Shown one piece after another: positions 24,312 through 34,760 of a DNA stretch of 64,000 nucleotides. How positions within the stretch are numbered: position 1 is the first letter of the stretch; each line of letters begins with the position of its first letter. Made by a program: the position numbers and the translations under genes. The notes under the pieces were generated by a model. It was not told where the DNA came from, did no database searches, and saw only the letters and a program-made list of their open reading frames with translations. Origin of the DNA: Xylographa opegraphella (Eukaryota). Where the stretch lies: positions 620,001-684,000 of the forward strand of contig JALDZX010000004.1 in NCBI GenBank assembly GCA_022813865.1. The letters run 5' to 3'.

Positions 24312-26781
24312 CGAAACGAAGGCTTCTCTTGATCCTGTTTCCGTTCAATATCGGAGGTACTCCGTACCGCAAGCGAAATATTACTTTTTTTTGGAAAGCG
24401 GTGCTGTAACAACAATGATACGGGTGAATATTGAGAACATAATGAACAAGTAACTTGCCGTTTCTCAGATAGCTTTGTGATTGATACCCGTGTCAGAATC
24501 TGTTTTATGATATATAAAATATCCCTCAGCTGTCGTTTCCTCTTGACTTCAAACAACGTTGCAAGCCCCTTTCGACACAATCCACTGTGCGGAAAAGGCT
24601 ATCAGCCAGTATGATAGCGCTTGTTGTAATTGTGTCTCACTCATCGTAATGTTCACCAACTGCCTTCATTACAGGCCTGGGCCGCCTTACCATGCTGTTC
24701 ACTCTGAACAGGACCTTGATCCAGCCGACAGTTGAGACTACTCTTAGACTCTTTATTTCTGCCATCAACGTCTCCTGGCCGAATGTACGGTCAGCAACTC
24801 ATCGAAGGTCGCCATCATTCAACAGAAGGGTTCTACCAAAAGAAAGATGGCATTCCCTCCAACGACTAATGGAAAACGCCGCTTGGCGGGGCTTCGTATG
24901 CTAACGAGCTTGAAGTATATGCATCGACCAAAGTGGGTTCTTTACGCGTTGCAGAGGACTTCGTCAAATAAAATAGCTCGGGTTTGATGCGATCCATTAT
25001 GTGTCTCCAATCATCATAAGTAAGAACGAGCCAGTGACAAATATCATAGATATCTTGTCGCAAATGATGGAGTCGTTCTCTGGAAATTGCTAAACATGAA
25101 AATTCCGCATTCGATCCTATCGATGACCGTCGTTGTGATATCATCAAGCTCTACGTCTCACCCTTGAGCCCCAACATTTCAGGAATCCAAAGCTTTCTCC
25201 CCAAATCCGAGGGAATTAAGGAAACATCTTGGGAGATGCAATCGACCTGTGGCTACTAATTATGAAAAAGCTGTCATTCGGGATATCCTTATGAACAATG
25301 GGGGTTAGTTTACGATTTTATTCTGATCGATGTCTCCGGTACCGAGTCGGGTGTTTAGATACGTTTCCGGCCCGTATGAGGTTCAAGTAAAGAGCCAGTA
25401 TACAGGATGGCGACATAAGCCTTGGTCATCTGACGATCCGTCCTTCCCTTTGGCCACATCTGCCATTCATATGTCACGCCAGGACAGCTCTGAAGCTGTC
25501 AATACTTCGGCAACTGCGGTGCGCAATGACAAGCAACAAATGTGGTATCTTTATGCTAGAGCGAACGGAGTTGCAGGAAAAATAGACGGTTGGATGTAAA
25601 GATAAGTGCTCCATGGAACAGCTGGCAGAGGTAAATACCAAGTTGGGACAAGTTCTGGTGTTACTATATCGTCTACCAACGAGCCCGACAGGGTCTGACT
25701 CTATAGAGACAGAGTGGAGGGATTGAGGGAGAGCATTGGTGGGTTAAGTGTCACTCATACGTGATTAGAAGAATAGGCGTAGACAGCATCATCTCAATGC
25801 CTCTATCACAAGGCGAGGTCATCTAAACGGCTGATTGAAAAATTCCTGCTCCAGAGATATAAATTAGTGATAAATGTTGGCGCTGCGGCATTCTTGGCCA
25901 ACTTCGAGGTGATATGGTCCGTAGACTGGCATGAAAGGATATGGAGTCAGACGGTGGACGGAATAGCCCAAACTCCTAGAATGCATATGAGTGGACTTCG
26001 TCCGAGACCAACACTACCGGGGTCGCGTTACCATTGAGGCAAAATCAGGTACACCAGAGGATGGTCAGATTGTGAGGATGGAGAATCTTAAAAAGTATTC
26101 ACAGCCCTTAAAGATATTTACTTATCAAAAAAAATATGAGTTGGCAATATGACCGGGGTAGATTTCTCTGCCTCTCTACTCAACAGCAACTTATACTAAG
26201 CCTTCCTTCCTACTGATCCTCAATCATTAACAATCACGGAATGTTTTGTGGCTGCTAGTGACCACGAGGAAGAGTTATTATGTAGAATAATGATAACCTA
26301 GAGTGGAGGAAGTACTGAGACGCAATAGAGAGTTTAAATATGTAACATGCAGTCCGGGATTTGGGGAATCACCAATGCGAGGAACGGGAAGGGGCCTCCC
26401 AGACTCCAAACCCCTGCTTAATATGGGCTTCAATACTGAATGAAGCTCGACCGCCAGATTTCATATCAGTGAGCAAGCGCGTCGTTTAGTGCTGTGCTAG
26501 TGGCTTGATCACTAAAGCTGAGCCCCTAATCGCCACTATTGAAGAACAGAGTTTCGGAACCAAGGTACTTCTACCAAATGGAGTCGGAGTCTTCACTCTT
26601 GGTAGAGACTCTTAGTGTCGACGATTCCAGGTTTAAAGATTGTCAGAAAAAAGGACTCCAGAAACTTTTCTTTTAGGCATCGTATTTCCTCTCTGTGGAC
26701 ATACTGCGCAACCCACTTTTCAGTGTTTCACTCTTCGCGGAAGCGTTTGTTGGTATTTCAATCAATCACAAGACTTTCTCG

Positions 26782-27774
26782 ATGCGAGCATCTCAATGTC
26801 TATTGGTCAATCGTGGGTCTTCGCCGAAAGCCACGGGACATGATAGATTTAGAAATGAGCCTAGAGGGTACGAGCGGAACGGAGCCGCGCTTCCAAACGC
26901 GCGAGGCTCACCTAATACCGCTCGTCGAGCTCGTCGCGGGCCCTTGATATTCGGCGGCCTGGTTGTGTATTGCACCGTCTGCTACGGCACATATTTTTAC
27001 ATGAGCTTGGGCAACACTGCGAAGATGAGCGGAACTGAGGTTGCAGAAGATGTCTCTGACCGGTACAATCATACAGCACAGAGCTTTGATAAAGAAGTGG
27101 ATACTACTGAGAAGCTTATGGGACTGGGGTGGCTACGGAGGAGTCTGACAAGACAAGCAACTGGACACGTGCTGGAGGTCAGCGTCGGCACCGGGCGAAA
27201 TATCCGATACTACGATCCCACGAAGTGTAGCAGTATCACTTTTGTGGATCAGAGTGCGGAGATGATAGAGATCGCGAGGCGCAAGTTCAGGGGTATGTTT
27301 GATCTGTTACCCGAGTTCCAGCATCTAGGAGCTCATGAGGCTCGCAAGCTGAACAGTTCCGGAATAGATACATATCCTCAGTACCAGCGCTGCAGGTTCC
27401 TGACCCAGTCAAGCCATGATCCAATACCGCGGCCCGTCCCCAACGGCTTCGACACGATCCTTCAGAGCATGGGCATATGCTCGACAACAAATCCCTCGGC
27501 TCTGTTAAGTCATCTTGGCCGATTGGCTAATCCTACGACTGGGCGTATCTTACTGCTGGAGCATGGTCGAAGCAACTATGAGTGGCTGAACAGGATTCTC
27601 GACGAACACGCGCCGGCACATGCGGACAAGCACGGATGCTGGTGGAATCGAGACATTCAGAAGATTGTTCAGGACAGCGGCCTCGAAGTCGTGCAGATCA
27701 AAAGATATCACTTTGGAACGACCTGGTGGATCGAACTCAAACCTGGACTAGGGCGCGCCAAAGCTTCGGAATAG
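26782..27774 (+). CDS. OMS1: Mitochondrial SAM-dependent methyltransferase, OMS1-like
   Basis: Arg-rich presequence, TM helix, VLEVSVGTGRN motif I, ILLLEHGRS, HADKHGCWWNRDI; intron 27293-27367. Confidence 0.88.
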   Translation: MRASQCLLVNRGSSPKATGHDRFRNEPRGYERNGAALPNARGSPNTARRARRGPLIFGGLVVYCTVCYGTYFYMSLGNTAKMSGTEVAEDVSDRYNHTAQSFDKEVDTTEKLMGLGWLRRSLTRQATGHVLEVSVGTGRNIRYYDPTKCSSITFVDQSAEMIEIARRKFRGMFDLLPEFQHLGAHEARKLNSSGIDTYPQYQRCRFLTQSSHDPIPRPVPNGFDTILQSMGICSTTNPSALLSHLGRLANPTTGRILLLEHGRSNYEWLNRILDEHAPAHADKHGCWWNRDIQKIVQDSGLEVVQIKRYHFGTTWWIELKPGLGRAKASE

Positions 27775-29499
27775 CAGTAATCTAGCCTTCGGCCAAGCAT
27801 GACGTTTAGCAACCCTAAGAGAAAGAGAAAGCCAGGGACCGGAGGCGGACAGGCGTCGGCAGATGTCGTCCGTTGCGTACTTGACACCGTTTCTCGTTCC
27901 AGGGGCTTGGCATATCGATCAATAACCTATAGGTAAGGTAAGTTACGGTACCTAGTCTGCGCAGACCACCGTACAATGTTCTCTTTCTTGCAGCCTCGCT
28001 TTGGCTCGACCAGGAGTCGATGGGTACAATTCGGGCTAGCTCCGGAGCGGGGAAACCACATCCTGTCACATTCAGAGAAAGAAGTTGGTAGCAGTCGCAT
28101 GCACGTGTCCGCAGACAGGTGACAGGCTTTTCGACACCGGCATCCAAAATCGCCTGACTCATCTGGCAGCGGCGTCGAATGAACAGCCGAATCAGATAGC
28201 AGACCACTGAGATTTCGGTCGTAGGCTATCATCGTCTGCAACTTTGGCGAGACGGAACGCAAAACTCAACTGGGGCGCACGGAAGTACCTACGGTTTACC
28301 AGACTATCACGAGGACGATCACAATAAATTTGGAGGCATTGTTTGGACTTCCAGCTGGTGCGGCAACGTTGGTCTCGCAGTTGATTGGCTAAAGCTAAAT
28401 TGCTAGCGCGGCGAGACTCCCGGGGCTCCTGGCTCATGAGGTAATCGGGCATGGGGCAACTAGATGGCGAAAACAATAATAATGTGCAATTATCAATAAT
28501 AATACATGGATAATTCCGATCATAAGTCTGATGCCGAGCGACGACAGGCCCATGCGCGACAAGTTGGACGCTCGAAGAGACGGGCCTGTTCGCTCTCATT
28601 CATGATCACTAGGCGTAACATATGCAATCCTGCAAGTGGCGGCGGGTACCAGACGTATCATCCTCCGACGCAAGGCTCGCAGGATAGCGCGACGTGGTAG
28701 TGTCCTCGCACGCATGACAGGGCCAGAGGAAGCCTGGTCGCGTCCCACCTTCCACCCCCTGCATGCACATCAACGATTCTTTCCTTTCCCTCGTTGACAA
28801 GTGATGGGGCGGATCGGAGGGTGATCTGCCGGTTCCACGCTACTTCTGGCGGAGGGGCCTTCTCGCTAACGTTCATCAGTGGGCCCCTATTTTCTGATAT
28901 TATTGTTGCACGCGTTGAATCTGCGCGCTGTCGCTGCCTGCAAACTTGTTCCTACATGCTTTGGCTTCATCACATTTCTCCTGTCTTCCTTTGCCACTAG
29001 CCAGTCCTAGCTCGTCCAAGGCAGCCGGGCGATGTGAACGTCGTCGTCTCCTCGTCGGCCGGCTTTCTTTTCGTCTGAATGCCGCGATCCTCGTCGTTGC
29101 TCAAGCTGCTGCTGCTTCTACTGCTACTGCTGTCTCCCTCATGCGCTCGGCTCCCCCAAGTGGCTTGTAAAGTGGTCCGACCCGTTTTGCGCACAGTTTC
29201 CCTCCTCGCCCCCCCATCACACCCACACCAAAATCTTCCCGTGAGGCGGTCAGCGCTGCCCTCAAGCTTGTAAGGCCCCGCTAGGCTCGTCCCCCCCTGC
29301 CCTGGTCGCATTCCAACGCACTCCTTACTACCCGCCCGCCAATGGGAGGTCGAGGGCCGCATTCTTTCCACATTTCTCTTCAAAACATCACCCTGAGCTT
29401 CATCACACCAGCAGCCTGATCGCAAAGAAGTTTTGTTGTCGACCACGCTCTTCGCCACCGAGCGCCGATGCCACTGCAGCCCATATCATTCTCATCAAC

Positions 29500-30966
29500 A
29501 TGCCGTACAATACCAGGAGAAAGTCCTTGTCGCTGCCGTCGCTAGGCATTCAGCTCCCAAACAGCTCGCGAGCTCATACTCACCGCCCCCCTACCGCGAA
29601 ACCATCATCGCTTGCAGACGCTCAACAACCACCCGCGAAGAGAGTGAAACGATCGCATCCATCAGATACGCCTTCTCCTGCTGCTGCTGCTCTTCCACCA
29701 ACATCCGGTCGGCCGAGGGCTTCAACAAGCTCGTCGACGTCGTCAAAAACCGTGACATTCGCCGATCGACCGCACAGCAGTGGCCGTGTCGCCTATGAAC
29801 ATACCCCCCCACCTTCCCCGGGAGCATCGTATGATACCAAAATCGATACTGATGGGATCAACGATGATATCGTTACGGGTGTTATAGAACAGTTGGAGAA
29901 AACCGGCAATAGGCCGCATCTCATCAAGGAACTCGCCGCTGTTCTGTCTACGACCAATGATTCTGTATCAGGGTATGTTCACCAAAGCGACTCACATCTG
30001 ATTCTGTCCAAAGCTCATCATCTCAATAGCTCTGCCAACCCGGCCGCTCTCCTTTCATCCCGTCTTGCCGCCTACCTAAAACGAAACTCTTGGAGTGCCC
30101 TGTCGCCCTGTCCGCTCGGTAAGGAGCTTATCCCTATCCATCCACGAAAGGTCTATTATTACCTCACCTCCACTCCACGCCAAGAAATACCTGTGAATTC
30201 TACAGACATCTTGTCCTCTATTCACATGACCACAATTGGATCGGGCGGGAAAGGTGGCAAGCGCATAATATCACCAAGTCTTAGCAATGCCAGTGTTGAT
30301 GAGGACGCAGAAGCCGCGGCAGAAAGGAGACGGGAGGCGTTGAGTCCGAGTCCTGAGATAGATCTCTTCACCCCAGAATTTGACCATCGCGGTCCGGGCG
30401 CCGAGGACGACTTCCCAACGCCCCCTACCCCTGCTGGATCATCGTTCTCTGGTCGCTCCAGCCTGGCGAGAGATGGTTCGAATGGATCGTCCATCGAAGT
30501 CGTCAAGCTGGTGCATAGCAATAGGGCGCAGAGTCCGCCGCTCGAAGGCGACGAGCGAGAATTCACTCAAACAGCAAGTAGCATGCGGATGCGTGGCATG
30601 AGCCTTGACGAATCGGGCATCAGGGAATCGAAAGAAAGCGATACTATCGCCATACCCGACGTGCACGTCATGCACGTTGAGGAATCCGAGGAGGAGAAGG
30701 CAAAGAAGAATCGTGAAGCGGTTGCGACTTTATTTGGAGGCCAACACCATCAGCAGCACGAGCCCGCTCTTGCTATCATGACAAGCCCCCTGGTAAAGCC
30801 TGTGGTTGGGCATATTACACATGAGATGGCTAAAGGAACGACGGATGTGGTTATGGGTGATAGTGCATCAATTCTGAGCGAGCACGGTTTTGCGTTCAGC
30901 TGGGACATAAAACGGCCGGAAAATGTGGATCTGGATGAGCTGGATGATCTGTTTGGGGGCTTCTAG
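29500..30966 (+). CDS. GDS1-like protein (winged-helix domain)
   Basis: MPYNTRRKSLSLPSLGI start, INDDIVTGVIEQLEKTGNRPHLIKELA, SANPAALLSSRL, HPRKVYYYL; intron 29973-30029. Confidence 0.75.
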   Translation: MPYNTRRKSLSLPSLGIQLPNSSRAHTHRPPTAKPSSLADAQQPPAKRVKRSHPSDTPSPAAAALPPTSGRPRASTSSSTSSKTVTFADRPHSSGRVAYEHTPPPSPGASYDTKIDTDGINDDIVTGVIEQLEKTGNRPHLIKELAAVLSTTNDSVSGYVHQSDSHLILSKAHHLNSSANPAALLSSRLAAYLKRNSWSALSPCPLGKELIPIHPRKVYYYLTSTPRQEIPVNSTDILSSIHMTTIGSGGKGGKRIISPSLSNASVDEDAEAAAERRREALSPSPEIDLFTPEFDHRGPGAEDDFPTPPTPAGSSFSGRSSLARDGSNGSSIEVVKLVHSNRAQSPPLEGDEREFTQTASSMRMRGMSLDESGIRESKESDTIAIPDVHVMHVEESEEEKAKKNREAVATLFGGQHHQQHEPALAIMTSPLVKPVVGHITHEMAKGTTDVVMGDSASILSEHGFAFSWDIKRPENVDLDELDDLFGGF

Positions 30967-31394
30967 TCCGAGAATCTTCGGCCTGGCTCCTTCCTGCCAT
31001 GTCACCCTCTGTATATATAACTCTTCTCACCGTATATTATAGTTTGTTAAGATTCGAGAACTTTGTTATCTGGGTGGATGCAACTCAGACGAGTAGAACG
31101 CGATCGATTTGATGAGGAACGTATCAGTCTCGGGCGTTCCTTTGAAAACTGATTGCCATACCGGGCTGTTTCTTTGGGAGGTCTAGAGCTCAACAAGGTG
31201 CAGGCAGTAGATAGTTGCTGTGGAAAGATGCTTCGCGTGTTTAAATGGACTCCAGACTTGGAAGAGCGCTTCTTACTATGTGTCGCTCTACCCCAAGCTC
31301 ACTGGCTGCGTCTTTGGAACCGGGACGGACATTCTAGACGAATGACAGGTACCAGGTACCTTACCTCTTTATAGGTACCTTGGCATGCTAAGTA

Positions 31395-31931
31395 CTGCGG
31401 TTTTTACATGAAATAACGTTAGTTCGCGTTAGCGTCTTGGTACCTATACACAATAACAATACTATAGTATTTATATTTTACAGTAATAATAATATTTTTC
31501 TTATATTTAAAAAGCAAATTTTAAGTCGTAATTAGTGTAACGGCGTGTTACATGGCACCTTAACAAGTGATAGACGGAACGGGACTAAAGCGCGTCCNNN
31601 NNNNNNNNNNNNNNNNNNNNNNNNNNNNNNNNNNNNNNNNNNNNNNNNNNNNNNNNNNNNNNNNNNNNNNNNNNCTAGGTTGAAATCGCTCACCTATACC
31701 TGAGGTTCTAGGCCTGCTTTTCTGGTGAGATAGCGAGCCGTAACAGCAGGCAGGCCGAGACTCTATTTCTAACACTAAATAAATTAATTAATAAAATGTA
31801 CGATCGCTATTAAATTGTAATATATATAAAGGGTAAAGCAACGAAATAATAAAATAGTTATTTAATAAAATAATGTATTGTTGTGCCAAGACGCTAAAAC
31901 AAACTAACATTATATCCCCCTGTGACCGTAG
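31395..31931. mobile_element. Degenerate AT-rich element with terminal inverted repeats (MITE/Tc1-mariner-like) spanning an assembly gap
   Basis: TTAGCGTCTTGG 31429-31440 is the reverse complement of CCAAGACGCTAA 31886-31897; ends TA|CTGCGGT...ACCGTAG|TA; strong local AT enrichment. Confidence 0.6.
31598..31674. other. Assembly gap (77 N)
   Basis: Run of N. Confidence 1.
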
Positions 31932-32176
31932 TATTGGTCGGGCGTAGATTACATAAGCTGTGCCCGATCAAATCCAACCGCCTTCTCCAATTCTCAACCC
32001 TCCGTTGCCCTGCTTTTCTACATCTTTCGTGTCCAGGACAAAGCTGGACTCTTGCCTCATTCACCAGAGTAAAATCTATCGCATACTGCGCTTTTCGGGT
32101 GCTGTCCCTGTTTGCACGCCACGTTTGCACATTTTTGTTCCTCCTCTCAGCCTGATAAAGATTCGCGACCTCCGAA

Positions 32177-34012
32177 ATGGCTTCTGAGGTCTCGTCCACG
32201 CGCCTCTACCTTGGTAACCTTCCACGCGATGGTGAGCTTCCCTGATCTCAAGGTGGTCCGTTATCCAAGAAATACCTCCTTGACGCTGATGGACATCACC
32301 TGGTCCTCACTTGTTCCACTGGTTCTGTGTACTGGAAAAGAAGCTACAAACCCCCGCATGGATGGACACAGCATGGATATCGTTCTTCTTCGAGGATATG
32401 GGCCATACACTATCGGAGTACTGCTGACCTCCAACCTCCTTTTGCAGTAACCAAGGAAGACATCACGGAGCATTTTAAAGCCCATGGCGCTGGTAACATC
32501 ACGGAGGTGAAGCTCATGAATGGTTTCGGCTTTGTGGAGTACGATGACCCAATGGATGCTCGAGACGTTGTTCCAGGTTCGTTTAAATAACGCCTTCGCT
32601 AGACTACTGTACTGATTTGCTAACTTGACGACGATAGCGTTCCGTAAGCCTACCATTCAAATATCACACCATACGAACATTGTACTGATTATGCTGTTGC
32701 ATAGATGGGTCTATGCTGAAGGAAAACCGCTTGACTGTGCAATTCGCTCGGGGCTCTCGCCCGCGTGATACATTTGCGGCCCCCGATCGCACTCATCCGC
32801 GACCTAGGCGCACTGCATTTCGAATGCAGCTTACTGGGCTTGCCGAAGGAACCAGCTGGCAGGTTAGCTTTACATCCCCACATTCATTGGTTCTTGGATC
32901 TATCACCACTCTTGCTTGGCCTTGATCATTTCCGTTTCTTCCTCGTGGGACTTTGTTCTCAATGCCTTATCACAATTGCACTGGCTTGCCTGCTATCCTG
33001 CTTTGCGGCTACGCCTCATGAATCGTATGCAACGCAAGGATCAAAGCTATGTCTGCTTCTTTCAACACAGATATGTTTCCATATGGCGGACCTCCTTTTG
33101 CCGTGCCAAACATGCCATATACTTGCTTATGCTTACCATCACTGGGGACTGTCCTCTGTTTTATCCCAGATGTCCTTGCCTATAATACCTTTTCTGCTGA
33201 TCTGAACTATGGAGCCGCCGCGATCACCTGTTAGATGTTGTGGTTCTTATGCTTGGTCTTGGATCTGCGAATGGACATCAATCCCAACAAGGCTGGACAG
33301 GAACTTACTTGGGCGTATTAGGATCTCAAGGATTTTGCTCGCCGCTCAGGTCTGGACGTTGTTTACTCGGAAGTAGCCCGGGAGCGCGACGGTAGAGGGT
33401 GAGCACCCTGGTCGTGACAAGTTATGAAGCCCATATCTAATCTCGTTGCAGATTTGTTGAGTTCGAAACCGCTCTAGACCTAAAAACTGCGGTCGAAAAA
33501 CTGGACAACCAAGAGTTTAAAGGCGCCACTGTCCGCTGCACTGCAGATGTATGATTTCATGTCTCTACTTTTCACGATCCAGCTAATGTGAAATACAGCC
33601 TCAAGATGAAGTGCCACGTGACCGCTACCGATCTCGTTCTCCCCACCCACGCCGTGGAGCTGGCTATGGTGGCCCTCCTGATGACTATTATGGTGGTCGT
33701 CGTGGTCCCCCTCCTCGAAACTATAGTCCTCGTCGTGAAGACTTTCGCCACCGCTCCCCACCTCCACGCCGCGATGACTACTATTCTCGAGGTGAATACC
33801 GCCGTACTCCCCCTCGTGGTGTTCGGCCTCCAGTGGATGACGGATACCCACCCGCTCGTGGGGCTTACCGTGATGACCCATATGCAGCACCGCCACCACG
33901 TCGCTACGATGACCCATACACCAATGGCAGTTACGACCGCCAACCTAGAGCTAGGACTCCCCCACGAGCCTACGGTGGCGGAGGTTATGAGGAACGTCCA
34001 CGTTACTGGTAG
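32177..34012 (+). CDS. SR-family pre-mRNA splicing factor (two RRMs plus RS/RD tail; Srp2/SRSF4-5-6-like)
   Basis: RLYLGNLP, GFGFVEY, 6-nt microexon 32638-32643, pseudo-RRM SWQ|DLKD split by intron 32863-33321, Arg/Tyr/Asp-rich tail. Confidence 0.93.
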
Positions 34013-34760
34013 ATGGTCCTTTTCCATTCGCTACAGGCCGCCTCGTAGTTGAGGACGATCGCTTACTGTTCTAGATTCCATTCCTCTTCCTATCCATCTA
34101 CCGACGTGAATGAGTCATATGGTGATGGCTGAAGTGGATGGATATCAGATTTAGTGTGCAGTACGTTGTCTGGCGGTATGCAACTGGGAATGGAGCTGTG
34201 GGATTGCCTTTACCAATGTGGAAAGTCAACTGCATCCAAAAGTAATTTGAAGCTGTTATTGCCTTCTGTTTCACTTGTACCTAATATGAAGATGTAGAGG
34301 AATGGTTGCTCCTGGAGGTGAAAATCTCCAATGAGTATGTACTCCAAGAGCACACTGAATTGATATTTGCCTCCGCCAAATAGACAAGGAATTTTAGAAT
34401 CCTGTCGAGTCAGCCAGCTTGTTGTGCGAGATCCATTAGAGAAGACGAGGGAATGGGAAACTGTGAGGGAAGATCTCGACTCCGATCCGGCGCATCCATA
34501 GATTGAATTGTACAGTGTTGTTTGTCGTGATCAAGTTAGGGGTGGTCAGTAGCCGCGCTAGCGACAATTAGCGCCTGAGCCTCACCATGTTCAGAAAGCG
34601 ATGTACCCAACCTTGAAAGCTTCAATATTCCGACCTCATCATAAACCCCCTCGTGCTCAGCAACTAATCCCGTATAACGGCGCGTCCACCCTCAAACACT
34701 TCTTGACGCCCCTCCTCGTTGTACTCACAACAGGACGGGTCAAATGCTCTAGCGTGCTAG

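Noticed and set aside
24122..24409. ORF with VDYHER x3 peptide repeats; possible CRISPR-like array
   Set aside because: The peptide repeat is a by-product of tandem DNA repeats; there are no spacers and no cas genes, and the context is eukaryotic
27800..29490. Many 60-150-aa ORFs upstream of the GDS1-like gene
   Set aside because: Overlapping on both strands with no domain; consistent with a long promoter and 5' leader
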